Positions 29,420-40,170 of a stretch of 64,000 bases of DNA are shown here, in pieces. Under the pieces are notes generated by a model, which saw nothing but the letters and a program-made list of their open reading frames with translations, had not been told where the DNA came from and ran no database searches. This DNA comes from an uncultured Colwellia sp. (GTDB lineage Bacteria > Pseudomonadota > Gammaproteobacteria > Enterobacterales > Alteromonadaceae). The position numbers and the translations under genes were made by a program. The stretch is taken from assembly GCA_913057925.1 (NCBI GenBank), contig CAJXPG010000002.1, positions 5,387 to 69,386 on the forward strand. The letters run 5' to 3'. Within the stretch, counting starts at the first letter, position 1; each line of letters begins with the position of its first letter.

Positions 29420-30409
29420 CTATGTCGATGACCTAATGATATTATTAATTGTCACAAGTAATTGTTGGCAAATAAGTTGGCGATTAACTTGAGCATAAGA
29501 CTTTATCAGTTTATTACTATTGATGATAGCTTGATAAAGTTGCTTTAACACCGATACTTCAATGCCAAATTGTTTCGAAAAGTTAGTTTGTTGGACAATG
29601 TCGGACAGATAAAACTTTCTAATTAAATTACAAGTAAGGTTTTCTAACCAACGAATGGCATGTTCACTATCATTGAGTTGGTCTAATAACTGCTTTTCTT
29701 CAACGGTATTGTTTAAATAACCGAGATAACACTGAGTAAAGGTTTGATAAGCGTGAAAAGTATCTTCGCTCGTTAACTCTGCCAGCTGGCTTGAGTTAAT
29801 AAATGCATTATCATTTAGCCCATTATCGAAATAGAGATTTTTTGAATCCATTGATAGTTGTAAACTATTTAATAGAGCTTGCCCTACTTCAGATTTGATA
29901 GTGAGCACTGCACATCGACTAACGATAGTAGGCAGCAAGGAGTCCAATTCTTGCGTTAATAAAATAATATAATTATTTGGATTAGGCTCTTCTAGTGTTT
30001 TCAATAATGCATTACTTGCCGCAACAGTCATGGTATCAGAAGCAGGTATAAGTACGGTTTTAACTTGTCCTATATGTGCAGTTTTTTCCAGGAAACTGTT
30101 TCCCCGACGTATATCATCAACACCAATAGTCTTGTTTTCACTTTGTAAGTTCAAATGGTCTGGAAAATTATCCGCTTTATTAAGAAGACATGTTTTACAG
30201 TGGCCACAAGCCTGCAAAACTAAAGCTTGTTCATCAATTTTACTGAGCTTTGTTACAGGCTTTTGGCAAATAAGTAACTCAATTAACCAATCGGCTAAAG
30301 CTCTGTTCGCTAAAGTGCTACGCCCCTGGATAACGATAGCATGTGCCAAGGTTTGATTTTGATACTGTCTACTTAACAGTAACTGAGTCTTTTGACATAT
30401 CTCAAGCAT
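29420..30409 (-). CDS. holB: DNA polymerase III delta' subunit
   Basis: Zn motif C...CGHCKTC, ASNALLKTLEEP, LPTIVSRC; after tmk. Confidence 0.9.
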   Translation of the reverse strand: MLEICQKTQLLLSRQYQNQTLAHAIVIQGRSTLANRALADWLIELLICQKPVTKLSKIDEQALVLQACGHCKTCLLNKADNFPDHLNLQSENKTIGVDDIRRGNSFLEKTAHIGQVKTVLIPASDTMTVAASNALLKTLEEPNPNNYIILLTQELDSLLPTIVSRCAVLTIKSEVGQALLNSLQLSMDSKNLYFDNGLNDNAFINSSQLAELTSEDTFHAYQTFTQCYLGYLNNTVEEKQLLDQLNDSEHAIRWLENLTCNLIRKFYLSDIVQQTNFSKQFGIEVSVLKQLYQAIINSNKLIKSYAQVNRQLICQQLLVTINNIIRSST

Positions 30410-30418
30410 AGTATTTAC

Positions 30419-31057
30419 TTAAGCCTGTTCGATGGTTGACATAAATTGCTGAACTTCTTCAATAATATCTTGATGTACCTGTGCCATAGTTTGCGATGCA
30501 TCAACACTGACAATAGAAGGGTCTTGAGCCGCTAGCTCACGATATTTTTGGTGGACACGAATAAAAAATTCCATTTGTTCTAGTTCAATCCTATCTAAAT
30601 CACCACGTGCTTTAGCCCGTGATAAACCAATGTGAGGATCTATATCTAAATACAATGTTAAATCGGGTTTAAAACCTTTTAAGGTAATATCACTGATAGT
30701 ATTCATTATTTTTTCATCAAAACCACGGCCACCACCCTGATATGCACGGGAGCTTAAGTCATGTCTATCACCAATGACCCATAGCCCTTTTGCTAACGCG
30801 GGCAGTATTTTATTGGCCAGAAGTTGACTTCGGCTCGCGTACATTAACAATAACTCAGTTTCTACGGTTAACTTTTCTTGATGGTCAACTGATTTAACCA
30901 TGTCGCGCAAAGATTCCGCAAGTGGTGTGCCACCAGGCTCACGAGTATTAACAAACTCGATTCCTTGCTGTGTTAATAAGTTTTCTATCGCGGTGATAGC
31001 AGAAGATTTTCCAGCTCCTTCCATACCTTCAATGACAATAAATTTTCCAGTAGACAT
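30419..31057 (-). CDS. tmk: Thymidylate kinase
   Basis: EGMEGAGKS, TREPGGT, DRHDLSS. Confidence 0.96.
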   Translation of the reverse strand: MSTGKFIVIEGMEGAGKSSAITAIENLLTQQGIEFVNTREPGGTPLAESLRDMVKSVDHQEKLTVETELLLMYASRSQLLANKILPALAKGLWVIGDRHDLSSRAYQGGGRGFDEKIMNTISDITLKGFKPDLTLYLDIDPHIGLSRAKARGDLDRIELEQMEFFIRVHQKYRELAAQDPSIVSVDASQTMAQVHQDIIEEVQQFMSTIEQA

Positions 31058-31112
31058 CTTTTAAACATTACCTGTTTTGATTGTAATCAGACCTTAAGCT
31101 ATTCAGTTAAGG

Positions 31113-32126
31113 TTACTGTTGGTTTTTTTGTTTTTCGATTCTTAAGTAGTCTCGAACTGCACTATTATGCTCTGCAAGTGTGCGACTAAATACATGTTTA
31201 CCATTACCGCCACTGACGAAATAAAAATAATCACTCGTTGCTGGGTTTAATGTTGCTTGAATTGCCGAGAGTCCAGACATCGCAATAGGTGTTGGTGGTA
31301 AGCCATTTATTCGGTAAGTATTATAAGCTGTTTTTTCACGTTTGTGTGCATAAGTGATATCACCTTTATAACGATCACCTAAACCATAAATAATCGTTGG
31401 ATCCGTTTGTAAACGCATTTTCTTCCGTAAGCGATTAACAAAAACAGAAGAAATCAGCGGCTGCTCAGCAATATAACTGGTTTCTTTTTCGATAATTGAG
31501 GCCATTATCAATGCTTGGTATGGTGTTTTATAAGGTAAACCTTGAGCTCTTGTTTGCCAAAGGTTGTTCAATTGCAACTTCATATTTTGATGGGCACGCT
31601 TTAACAGTGCTATATCAGATGTTCCCGCGGTAAACGCGTAAGTATCTGGAAACAACCAACCTTCAGGGTTTGCATTATCAATTGCTAGTTTTTTGGCAAT
31701 TTGAGCGATTGTCATATTATTAACAGTCTGTTGAATATGGGGGTGATTCGCTAAAATGGCCAGTGCATCTTGAAAACGTGTGCCTTCAATCAAGGTCACT
31801 GAAAATTGATGCTCTTGACCTGCTATAACTTGTTTTATGAGTTCTGCTAAGGTTGAATCTTGCTTTACTAAATAGGTACCCGCTTTGATATTTACCCTCT
31901 CAGGAAATACCCTTCCATAGTTTCTTAACCAAAACCTATCAGGGATCCACAGTTGGTTTTCTAACTGCTTTGCAAATGAACTGATAGAGCTACCCGGATT
32001 AATCGTTAAAAAGCTATCCTGATTGAGATTAAGTGGTGCGGATAAGGCTTTTTCAAACTGAAAGTATAGGGTAGACACCATAGCTGCAGTTGCTAAAAGC
32101 ATAACAATCAATAGTTTTTTGATCAC
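31113..32126 (-). CDS. mltG: Endolytic transglycosylase MltG
   Basis: EGWLFPDTY, ASIIEKE, LQTDPT, YNTYRINGLPPTPI. Confidence 0.95.
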   Translation of the reverse strand: MIKKLLIVMLLATAAMVSTLYFQFEKALSAPLNLNQDSFLTINPGSSISSFAKQLENQLWIPDRFWLRNYGRVFPERVNIKAGTYLVKQDSTLAELIKQVIAGQEHQFSVTLIEGTRFQDALAILANHPHIQQTVNNMTIAQIAKKLAIDNANPEGWLFPDTYAFTAGTSDIALLKRAHQNMKLQLNNLWQTRAQGLPYKTPYQALIMASIIEKETSYIAEQPLISSVFVNRLRKKMRLQTDPTIIYGLGDRYKGDITYAHKREKTAYNTYRINGLPPTPIAMSGLSAIQATLNPATSDYFYFVSGGNGKHVFSRTLAEHNSAVRDYLRIEKQKNQQ

Positions 32127-32224
32127 AAAATTTCCTTGATAGTGGTATATAACAATGAGTCAAACTTCAGCAGTTTAGCTAGCAACACTGCTGATAAAAT
32201 ATAGATATTGAAAAGAGCTATCCT

Positions 32225-33031
32225 CTAAATAACATCATATAACTGCACTTGTAATTTCAATGTGTTAATTCTTTTTAATTGATGCTCATTGTACGTATTA
32301 ACGGGCATAATGCCCATTAAAGAATTACAAATAAACACTTCTTGAGCCAGATGTAAGTCTTCCATTGACGTCTTAACGACCCTTGTTGAGGGTAAGTATT
32401 TGAGAATTTCTTGCCTGATAATACCATTGACCCCGGAAGACATTAAATCAGGGGTAAATAATTGCTCGTCCCGCCAGTAGAATATATTGGCGCAAGTTGT
32501 TTCAATCACTAAGCTTTGCTCATTAGTGACTACTAGGTCATCTACTAAACTCGCGTCCAATTCAGCTCTTAGCAAGACTTGTTCAAGACGATTAAGGTGT
32601 TTGATACCCGCGAGCATAGGGCTTGATGAGATAATTTTCTTACTATTACCAAGGCTTATTCCTGTCTCTCTTAGTGTATGATAATTAGTAGGAAAGTCGT
32701 TTACCATCACAATAACTTGCATTGCATTTTCAGATAGACCTCCCCTAGAATATCCCCTGCCACCGCTACCTGTTGTAATTACTACTTTTATACATGCCAA
32801 TATAAAGCCTGTTGCTGCTCGTTTCATTTGCTCAGCTAAATAATTCCGAGTTGGCGAGGCAATCCCGAGATGTTCACAACCCTCAATAAGACGATTAACA
32901 TGCTTATCAAGTAATATCACTTGGCCATCAATGACTTTCGCCGTGGTAAAGAGCCCGTCACCATAAGCTAATCCACGATCAGTGACAGCAATCTCTGTTT
33001 GTTGCATTCCATTAATTGAGCAATATTTCAT
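32225..33031 (-). CDS. pabC: Aminodeoxychorismate lyase
   Basis: DRGLAYGDGLFTT, KHLNRLEQV; start set at MKYCSING because the longer ORF start overlaps a terminator. Confidence 0.92.
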   Translation of the reverse strand: MKYCSINGMQQTEIAVTDRGLAYGDGLFTTAKVIDGQVILLDKHVNRLIEGCEHLGIASPTRNYLAEQMKRAATGFILACIKVVITTGSGGRGYSRGGLSENAMQVIVMVNDFPTNYHTLRETGISLGNSKKIISSSPMLAGIKHLNRLEQVLLRAELDASLVDDLVVTNEQSLVIETTCANIFYWRDEQLFTPDLMSSGVNGIIRQEILKYLPSTRVVKTSMEDLHLAQEVFICNSLMGIMPVNTYNEHQLKRINTLKLQVQLYDVI

Positions 33032-33078
33032 AGTAGTCTTATTATAATTATTACTGTTAAATATCTGAATGTTGCCAT

Positions 33079-33124
33079 AAAAAAAGCCCGAAGACTTCCC
33101 CATTTAGGAGTAGTATTCAGGCTT
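33079..33124 (-). terminator. Terminator downstream of fabF
   Basis: Minus strand GCCTGAA...TTCGGGC followed by T run. Confidence 0.6.
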
Positions 33125-33175
33125 GTTATGCTTATTTCAAGTAATTATTAAATTACCTGAAACTTTTAACCAAAA

Positions 33176-34414
33176 CTAAACTTTCTTAAAGATTAATGAA
33201 CCGTTAGTTCCACCAAAGCCGAATGAGTTACAAAGTACATACTCAAGTTCGACGTCACGTGCACTACCGGCAATATAATCAAGATCACAGCCTTCATCAG
33301 GGTTATCTAAATTAATTGTCGGTGGTACTTGGTTGTTCATTAAAGCTTGAATACTAAAAATTGCTTCTATCGAACCTGCAGCGCCCAGTAAATGACCAGT
33401 CATAGACTTAGTTGAGCCCATCATAACTTTATTAGCGTGACTACCAAATATTGTTTTAACTGCATTGGTTTCAGCAATATCACCCGCTGGTGTTGATGTA
33501 CCGTGCGCGTTGATATAACCAATTTTACTCACGTCAATTTTGGCGTCATTAATAGCATTTTGCATAGCACGCGCTGCACCATCACCATTTTCTGGTGGTG
33601 ATGTCATGTGATAAGCATCACCGCTCATACCAAAACCAACGAGCTCGGCATAGATTTTAGCGCCACGTGCTTTTGCATGTTCGTATTCTTCAACAACAAT
33701 TATACCAGCACCATCACCAAGGACGAAACCGTCACGATCTTTATCCCAAGGACGAGAAGCCGCTTGTGGGTCGTCGTTACGACGAGATAATGCGCGTGCA
33801 GCACCAAAGCCACCCATTCCCAATTGTGTTGATGCTTTTTCAGCACCGCCGGCGACTATTGCATCAGCATCACCATATGCAATCATTCGCGCAGCATGGC
33901 CAATATTATGCACACCACTAGTACATGCCGTAGTAATGGCAATATTAGGACCTTGTAAGCCAAACATAATTGATAAGTGACCGGCAATCATATTGATAAT
34001 GGTCGACGGTACAAAAAATGGCGATAGTTTACGAGGATTACCGCTTGCTTTGATTAATTTCTCATGATTTTGCTCAATCAAACCTAAGCCGCCAATACCA
34101 GAGCCAACAGCAACACCAATGCGCGGGGCATTTTGCTCTGTCACTTCAAGTCCAGAGTCTTTAAAGGCTTGTACACCTGCAGCGATACCATATTGAATGA
34201 AAAGATCCATTTTCTTGGCTTCTTTACGTTCCATATAGTTTTGTGAATCAAAACCTTTGACTAAACCAGCAAATTTAGTTGGGTAATCTGTGGTGTCGAA
34301 ATGGTCAATATTGCCTATACCACTTTTACCAAGTAGTAAGTTTTGCCATGTTTCTTCTGCGGTGTTGGCTAATGGGCTAAGTGCACCAATACCGGTAACT
34401 ACAACACGTCTCAT
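33176..34414 (-). CDS. fabF: 3-oxoacyl-ACP synthase II
   Basis: [30 protein letters not shown]. Confidence 0.96.
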   Translation of the reverse strand: MRRVVVTGIGALSPLANTAEETWQNLLLGKSGIGNIDHFDTTDYPTKFAGLVKGFDSQNYMERKEAKKMDLFIQYGIAAGVQAFKDSGLEVTEQNAPRIGVAVGSGIGGLGLIEQNHEKLIKASGNPRKLSPFFVPSTIINMIAGHLSIMFGLQGPNIAITTACTSGVHNIGHAARMIAYGDADAIVAGGAEKASTQLGMGGFGAARALSRRNDDPQAASRPWDKDRDGFVLGDGAGIIVVEEYEHAKARGAKIYAELVGFGMSGDAYHMTSPPENGDGAARAMQNAINDAKIDVSKIGYINAHGTSTPAGDIAETNAVKTIFGSHANKVMMGSTKSMTGHLLGAAGSIEAIFSIQALMNNQVPPTINLDNPDEGCDLDYIAGSARDVELEYVLCNSFGFGGTNGSLIFKKV

Positions 34415-34488
34415 AACAGAGCGGCCTCCGAAATTATTAATACTCCCCTAAAGTAAATGCTACGGGGATACATCGTTATCTTAGACAT

Positions 34489-34527
34489 AAAAAAAGCGGT
34501 CACTTACAATTAAGTATACCGCTTTTT
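34489..34527. terminator. Hairpin downstream of acpP
   Basis: AAAAAGCGGT...ACCGCTTTTT. Confidence 0.7.
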
Positions 34528-34567
34528 ATATTTTTATTAAGCTCGAAAAATTCGAACTTATAAACAA

Positions 34568-34801
34568 TTACTGGTTAGCAGTAACGTAATCGATTGCTGC
34601 TTGAACAGTAGTAATCTTTTCTGCTTCTTCGTCAGGAATCTCAGTATCAAATTCTTCTTCTAACGCCATAACTAGTTCTACAGTGTCTAAAGAATCAGCA
34701 CCTAAGTCATCAACGAATGATGAATCAATTTTAACTTCTGCTTCGCTAACACCTAGTTGTTCAACTGTGATTTTTTTTACGCGTTCTTCGATATTACTCA
34801 T
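34568..34801 (-). CDS. acpP: Acyl carrier protein
   Basis: [11 protein letters not shown]...[20 protein letters not shown]; start corrected to 34801. Confidence 0.97.
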   Translation of the reverse strand: MSNIEERVKKITVEQLGVSEAEVKIDSSFVDDLGADSLDTVELVMALEEEFDTEIPDEEAEKITTVQAAIDYVTANQ

Positions 34802-34960
34802 TTTTTTTCCTTTACTGAAAGTGCATTTTTTCAAATTGCGTGTAGTGTATTCGTCAACAGCTCGCCATGCAAGCTTCTAATTCACTTTTTTGTCTGGTCT
34901 AACCTGTTGATGTATTGAAAAATATTAATAAATTACTAGCTAAGCCTTAAAAATTAAGGC

Positions 34961-35707
34961 TTAGACCATGTACATCCCACCATTCACATGGATAGTTTCA
35001 CCTGTAACATAAGCGGCTGCATCTGAGGCTAAAAAGGCCACGGTGCTAGCAATTTCTTCTGGTTTACCTAAGCGATTAGCTGGAACTTGTGAGAAAATCC
35101 CCTCTTTTTGCTCGTTTGTTAGCGTTTGCGTCATATCTGTATCAATAAAGCCTGGTGCTACTGTATTAACGGTAATACCACGAGAAGCAACTTCACGGGC
35201 TAATGCTTTGGTAAAACCTAATAAACCAGCCTTTGCGGTAGCATAGTTAACTTGTCCAGCATTACCCATAGTACCCACAACTGAGCCAATATTAATAATA
35301 CGACCAGTGCGCTTTTTCATCATAGGACGAACCGCAGCTTTACTGACTTTGAATACAGAAGTTAAGTTGGTTTCAATGATATCGTTCCACTCATCATCTT
35401 TCATACGCATAAATAAGTTATCGCGTGTGATACCTGCATTATTCACTAAAATGTCAATTGAGCCATACGCTTCTTTAATCGCGGCAAACATTTCAGCAAT
35501 TGACTCATCATTTGTTACGTTAAGTACTAAACCCATGCCTTTGCCGTTATCTGCTGTTAAGTACTCAGCAATATTGCTTGCACCATTTTCAGAGGTTGCA
35601 GTACCGATAACTGTTGCACCAAGTGATTGAAGTTGGGTAGCAATGGCTTTACCAATTCCGCGGCTTGCACCAGTAACCAGTGCAACTTTTCCTTCTAATG
35701 AAAACAT
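34961..35707 (-). CDS. fabG: 3-oxoacyl-ACP reductase
   Basis: TGASRGIG, NNAGITRD, YATAK. Confidence 0.96.
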   Translation of the reverse strand: MFSLEGKVALVTGASRGIGKAIATQLQSLGATVIGTATSENGASNIAEYLTADNGKGMGLVLNVTNDESIAEMFAAIKEAYGSIDILVNNAGITRDNLFMRMKDDEWNDIIETNLTSVFKVSKAAVRPMMKKRTGRIINIGSVVGTMGNAGQVNYATAKAGLLGFTKALAREVASRGITVNTVAPGFIDTDMTQTLTNEQKEGIFSQVPANRLGKPEEIASTVAFLASDAAAYVTGETIHVNGGMYMV

Positions 35708-35779
35708 AATATACCTACTATTTTTGATTTTATTTCGTTAAATCACTATTTAACGAGTATTGATTTGATTAAGCTCAGG

Positions 35780-36718
35780 TTAACCGCTGATTAAATCTTT
35801 TGCTTGTTGTAGAGAGTCTGTCGTATTAAAACTCACACTCTTTAATGCTTTATTGATACGTTTGTTTAAGCCTTGCAAAACTTTTCCAGGACCTACTTCA
35901 ACAACCTTTTCAATACCATCAGTTGATAATTGGCTGATTGTTTCGCTCCAACGTACTGGAGAATATAACTGCTTAACTAGCGCCGTTTTTATTGCATCAC
36001 TGCTTGTTTCAACTGAAACATCAACATTATTGACAACATTAACGGTGGGTGTATTAAAAGACACTTTATCAAGTTCAATGGCAAGCTTGGTTGCTGCATC
36101 ACTCATTAGTGCACAGTGTGATGGTACGCTCACAGGTAAAGGTAAAACACGTTTTGCCCCTGCTGCTTTACAAAGTTCACCTGCGCGCTCTACCGCTTCT
36201 TTGTGACCAGCTATAACGACTTGGCCTGGAGAGTTAAAGTTTACCGCAGAAACAACTTGTCCTGATTCAGCTTCACTACATGCTTTAATGATATCTTCAT
36301 CAGCTAAACCGATGACTGCTGCCATTGCGCCAACACCAGCAGGAACACATGCTTGCATAAACTCACCACGTTTTTCAACGAGTACCACTGCATCACTTAA
36401 TGAAAATACGCCAGCACAAACCAATGCTGAATATTCACCTAAACTGTGGCCAGCCATAACATCAGGTGTTATTTCAGACTCGGCTTGCCAAACACGCCAT
36501 AAAGCGACACTGGCTGTTAAAAGTGCTGGTTGAGTGAAGTTAGTTTGATTTAATTTTTCTGCTGGCCCTTGAGCAACTAGTTGCCATAAATCGTAACCTA
36601 AAGCTTTTGATGCTTCTTCAAAGGTTGCTTGCACGATACTGTTATCTGCAAAGTCACTGAGCATAGCAACAGTTTGTGAGCCTTGACCTGGAAATACGAA
36701 TGCTAATTTATTTTGCAT
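35780..36718 (-). CDS. fabD: Malonyl-CoA:ACP transacylase
   Basis: FPGQGSQ, GHSLGEY, VSVPSHC. Confidence 0.96.
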   Translation of the reverse strand: MQNKLAFVFPGQGSQTVAMLSDFADNSIVQATFEEASKALGYDLWQLVAQGPAEKLNQTNFTQPALLTASVALWRVWQAESEITPDVMAGHSLGEYSALVCAGVFSLSDAVVLVEKRGEFMQACVPAGVGAMAAVIGLADEDIIKACSEAESGQVVSAVNFNSPGQVVIAGHKEAVERAGELCKAAGAKRVLPLPVSVPSHCALMSDAATKLAIELDKVSFNTPTVNVVNNVDVSVETSSDAIKTALVKQLYSPVRWSETISQLSTDGIEKVVEVGPGKVLQGLNKRINKALKSVSFNTTDSLQQAKDLISG

Positions 36719-36810
36719 AGTGATACTCTATTTAAATTTTTTAAGTAAATACAATTAATTATTATAAAAGATAGTTTTGTCGAATTTGTTTTTAATTGTG
36801 ATTTCGATAG

Positions 36811-37860
36811 TTAACGCGCTGAAAAACCATGTTCTAAAGATTGTTTTATTTTTTCTGGTACTTGCCTTTCAACCTCTTTCACTGCTTCCATAATTGCAGC
36901 GAAAAAAGCATCTGAATTAGCATTACCATGGCTCTTAACCACAATACCGCGTAATCCTATCAAACTTGCGCCGTTATACTGGTCGGGGTTCATGGTTTTA
37001 AAGAGTTTTTTAAAGCTTGGTTTGAGTAGTGAACCAAATAGTTTAGACAAAAGGCTGGCTTTGAACGTTGCTTTAGATTTCTCATAAACTAAACGAGCTA
37101 CACCTTCACAGGTTTTTAGCGCTACGTTTCCGACAAATCCATCGCAAACGATAACGTCAGCTTTGTTTGAAAAAATGTCACAGCCTTCTATAAAGCCGAC
37201 ATAGTTAATGTCTTTATTTTCACTTAATTCAAGTGCAGCTAGCTTAATGTGATCGCTGCCTTTTATCGCTTCCTCACCCATATTTAACAAAGCAATTCTT
37301 GGTTTAGAAATACAATCGACCTGCTCTGCCATAACTGAACCCATAACACCAAACTGATAAAGCACATGAGAGTCACAAAACACATTTGCGCCTAAATCTA
37401 GCATGAAAACATGCTTATCTTTGTCATGGGTAGGTAATGAGGAAATAAGTGCGGGCCTTTCAACCCCAGGTAAGTTTTTCAACACGAAATGTGCCATAGA
37501 AAATAATGCGCCGGTATTTCCAGCACTAACACACGCTTGCGCTTTTCCCTCATGAACTAAATCTAATGCTTTACGCATTGAAGAGTCTTTTTTAGTTCTT
37601 AGTGCAACAATAGGTTTATCTTCCATTGAAACAATTTGAGTCGTGGCAAACAGACTAAGTTGTTTATGGCTTTTAAGATCAGTTTTTGAAATTTTATGAT
37701 GAGCAAGATTTTCTGCAATGATACTTTCATCACCACACAAAATGAGGTGCAAATTAGGCTGATGTGATATCGCCATTATTGCGGAGGATATTGTTATAAA
37801 GGGGCCTTGATCGCCCCCCATAACATCTAACGCGATGGTTAGATTAGCATTTAAGCTCAA
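36811..37860 (-). CDS. plsX: Phosphate acyltransferase PlsX
   Basis: ALDVMGGDQGP, SAGNTGA, CDGFVGNVALK, KSHG. Confidence 0.95.
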   Translation of the reverse strand: MSLNANLTIALDVMGGDQGPFITISSAIMAISHQPNLHLILCGDESIIAENLAHHKISKTDLKSHKQLSLFATTQIVSMEDKPIVALRTKKDSSMRKALDLVHEGKAQACVSAGNTGALFSMAHFVLKNLPGVERPALISSLPTHDKDKHVFMLDLGANVFCDSHVLYQFGVMGSVMAEQVDCISKPRIALLNMGEEAIKGSDHIKLAALELSENKDINYVGFIEGCDIFSNKADVIVCDGFVGNVALKTCEGVARLVYEKSKATFKASLLSKLFGSLLKPSFKKLFKTMNPDQYNGASLIGLRGIVVKSHGNANSDAFFAAIMEAVKEVERQVPEKIKQSLEHGFSAR

Positions 37861-37901
37861 ATGAGATAAGCCTAAACTTTTTACTCTAACGAAGTAATCG
37901 C

Positions 37902-38072
37902 TTAAACAGCGATTACTTTAACGCCTTTGTAAAAGCCATCAGCAGTTACATGGTGACGACGATGCGTTTCACCTGATACTGGGTCTACTGATAAGTTTTC
38001 TGGTGTTACGGCATCATGTGAACGGCGCATGCCACGTCTTGAACGAGACTTCTTGCTTTTTTGTACTGCCAT
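37902..38072 (-). CDS. rpmF: 50S ribosomal protein L32 (missing from ORF track)
   Basis: Manual translation [56 protein letters not shown]. Confidence 0.97.
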   Translation of the reverse strand: MAVQKSKKSRSRRGMRRSHDAVTPENLSVDPVSGETHRRHHVTADGFYKGVKVIAV

Positions 38073-38120
38073 GAGTTACTCCTAAGTAAATTATTAGTTA
38101 AAATGCGTTATGCTTATTAA

Positions 38121-38633
38121 CTACTTGAATTGTTTTAATACATCAAATGGGTTTGGCTTCTCAAGCTCTTCAGGCAGTTCACCCCAAACCGAATCAGCAT
38201 CTGCTGGACAGTCTTTAATGTCATGCCTTGGAATCAATGGGATCATGAGGATTAACTCTTCTTCCACTAATTCACGTAAGTTTACTTCGCCATTTTCATC
38301 TAACTCTACTACGTCATAATATGACGGAATTTTCTCAGCAGCTTCCTCATTTTTGGCAGGACTAAAAGTAAAGTCTACTTTTAGTAACTGATCAAAACTT
38401 TCGTTACACCGCTGACAAGTTAATGCAACTAATGTCGAACCCGTACCTGTCATTACTGTCAGACCACGTTCATCAACATCAAACTTAACACTAACTTGAA
38501 CATGCTCACTCTTGCTTTCGCATTCAGCAAGCAGTCTAGTCATATCCTGCAATTTAAATACACCTTCACACACAAGTCTTCGCTGTGCACTACGTGATGG
38601 ACTAATTGTTATTGGAAGTTTAAGATTCTGCAT
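38121..38633 (-). CDS. yceD: YceD/DUF177 protein
   Basis: CQRC, EEELIL, KPNPFDVL; upstream of rpmF. Confidence 0.92.
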   Translation of the reverse strand: MQNLKLPITISPSRSAQRRLVCEGVFKLQDMTRLLAECESKSEHVQVSVKFDVDERGLTVMTGTGSTLVALTCQRCNESFDQLLKVDFTFSPAKNEEAAEKIPSYYDVVELDENGEVNLRELVEEELILMIPLIPRHDIKDCPADADSVWGELPEELEKPNPFDVLKQFK

Positions 38634-38826
38634 AAGGCGCGCATAATAAAGCCCCTACAGGCAAGTGTCAAAAGAAAATTGCACTATTTTGTTTAAAAGC
38701 TCAAGATTGCCCCAATAATAGTAGTAATTCGTTGATAATTGTTTATTTAGGAACCACTTGGTACCAAAACTGCATTATAACTGATTCTTACAATTTTTCT
38801 CATCAAGACACTATTAAAGGCTACAC

Positions 38827-39426
38827 ATGAAAACCCTAGTACTCGGCTCTACCTCGCCATTTCGTAAATCTATTTTAGAAAAACTACAGTTACCTTTCCT
38901 CTGCGCAAAACCTAATATAGATGAAACGGCTAAAGATGGAGAATCACCACAAGCTTTAGTTGAACGTTTAGCGATAGAAAAAGCCAAAGCAGTTGCAGAA
39001 GAACATCCAAAAGCATTAATTATTGGCTCTGATCAAGTTGCTGTATGTGAAGGTGAAATTTTAGGTAAGCCACATAATTTTGATAATGCAGTTATTCAAT
39101 TAAGTAAGTTCAGTGGTAAGGCTATCACTTTTTACACTGGGCTTTGTGTGTTTGATAGTGAAAATGATAAAGCTATTGCGTTAGTTGAACCTTTTACCGT
39201 TCATTTTAACCATTTAACGCAAAGTGAAATAGCTAACTACCTTAAGGCAGAGCAACCTTACAATTGCGCAGGTAGCTTTAAAAGCGAAGGGTTAGGTATT
39301 TGTTTATTTGACAAGCTTGCCGGTGATGATCCAAACACCTTAATTGGTTTACCGCTGATTAGACTTGTTTCGTTGTTAAAGCAACAAGGTCTTGATGTAT
39401 TGGCTGAGCAAAAAAATAGTGGCTAG
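38827..39426 (+). CDS. yceF: Maf family nucleotide pyrophosphatase (YceF-like)
   Basis: LGSTSPFR, IDE, GSDQV, LGKP, CAGSFKSEG. Confidence 0.88.
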   Translation: MKTLVLGSTSPFRKSILEKLQLPFLCAKPNIDETAKDGESPQALVERLAIEKAKAVAEEHPKALIIGSDQVAVCEGEILGKPHNFDNAVIQLSKFSGKAITFYTGLCVFDSENDKAIALVEPFTVHFNHLTQSEIANYLKAEQPYNCAGSFKSEGLGICLFDKLAGDDPNTLIGLPLIRLVSLLKQQGLDVLAEQKNSG

Positions 39427-39434
39427 ATAAAGCA

Positions 39435-39471
39435 AACACGGGGTAAAATCATCAATGTTTTACCCCGTGTT
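39435..39471. terminator. Hairpin between convergent maf and HAD genes
   Basis: AACACGGGGTAAAA...TTTTACCCCGTGTT. Confidence 0.7.
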
Positions 39472-39494
39472 AATAGTAGTTAAAAGTGCTAATA

Positions 39495-40166
39495 TTATTC
39501 TGCATTTCTAGTAGTAACAGGAAGTAATAACTGTTGTAGTTCTGCAAGCGAATCAACCACTGCTCTAGGTTGATAACGATTTAAGATATCTCTCTCATGA
39601 ACACCTAAGGTAATACCGATACGGTCGACCCCTGCAGATTGGGCCATTTCCATATCATAACTCGTATCACCAATCATCACCGCATGTTCAGGTAAAACAT
39701 TTAGCTCTTCAAGTAAACTTAACACCATTTGTGGATCAGGCTTGGACAGTGCTTCATCAGCGCATCGCGATGCATGAAAATAATGTTCCGTATCAGTTAC
39801 CGAGAATACCCGTTGCAAACCTTGCCTGGCCTTTCCTGTGGCAACAGCAAGTAATTTATTTTCACCTTTTAATGCGTCAAGCAATAGTAATGCATTATCA
39901 AAAAGCGGACTTGGTGGGTTATTGCCCTCAACATATTGATACTTATATTGTTCCAGCATATTGGTTAATTGATCGTTAGAGCCCTTGGGAAATAATACAC
40001 CAAGTGCCTTAGGAAGACTCAAACCGATGATATCTTTAACTTGCTCCTGAGTAGGAATAGTTAGTTGGCATTGCTTTGCTGCAGCTTGCATCGATGAAAC
40101 AATACGCGCAACTGAGTCCATTAAGGTGCCATCCCAATCAAATATAATTAACTTATAATGATGCAT
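39495..40166 (-). CDS. HAD-IA family hydrolase (phosphoglycolate phosphatase-like)
   Basis: FDWDGTL, ATGK, SKP, IGDT. Confidence 0.9.
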   Translation of the reverse strand: MHHYKLIIFDWDGTLMDSVARIVSSMQAAAKQCQLTIPTQEQVKDIIGLSLPKALGVLFPKGSNDQLTNMLEQYKYQYVEGNNPPSPLFDNALLLLDALKGENKLLAVATGKARQGLQRVFSVTDTEHYFHASRCADEALSKPDPQMVLSLLEELNVLPEHAVMIGDTSYDMEMAQSAGVDRIGITLGVHERDILNRYQPRAVVDSLAELQQLLLPVTTRNAE

Positions 40167-40170
40167 TAAC

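Noticed and set aside
29420-30409. holB as a pseudogene because it lacks a canonical Walker A
   Set aside because: Delta' subunits are naturally degenerate ATPases; the ORF is full length with Zn and SRC motifs.
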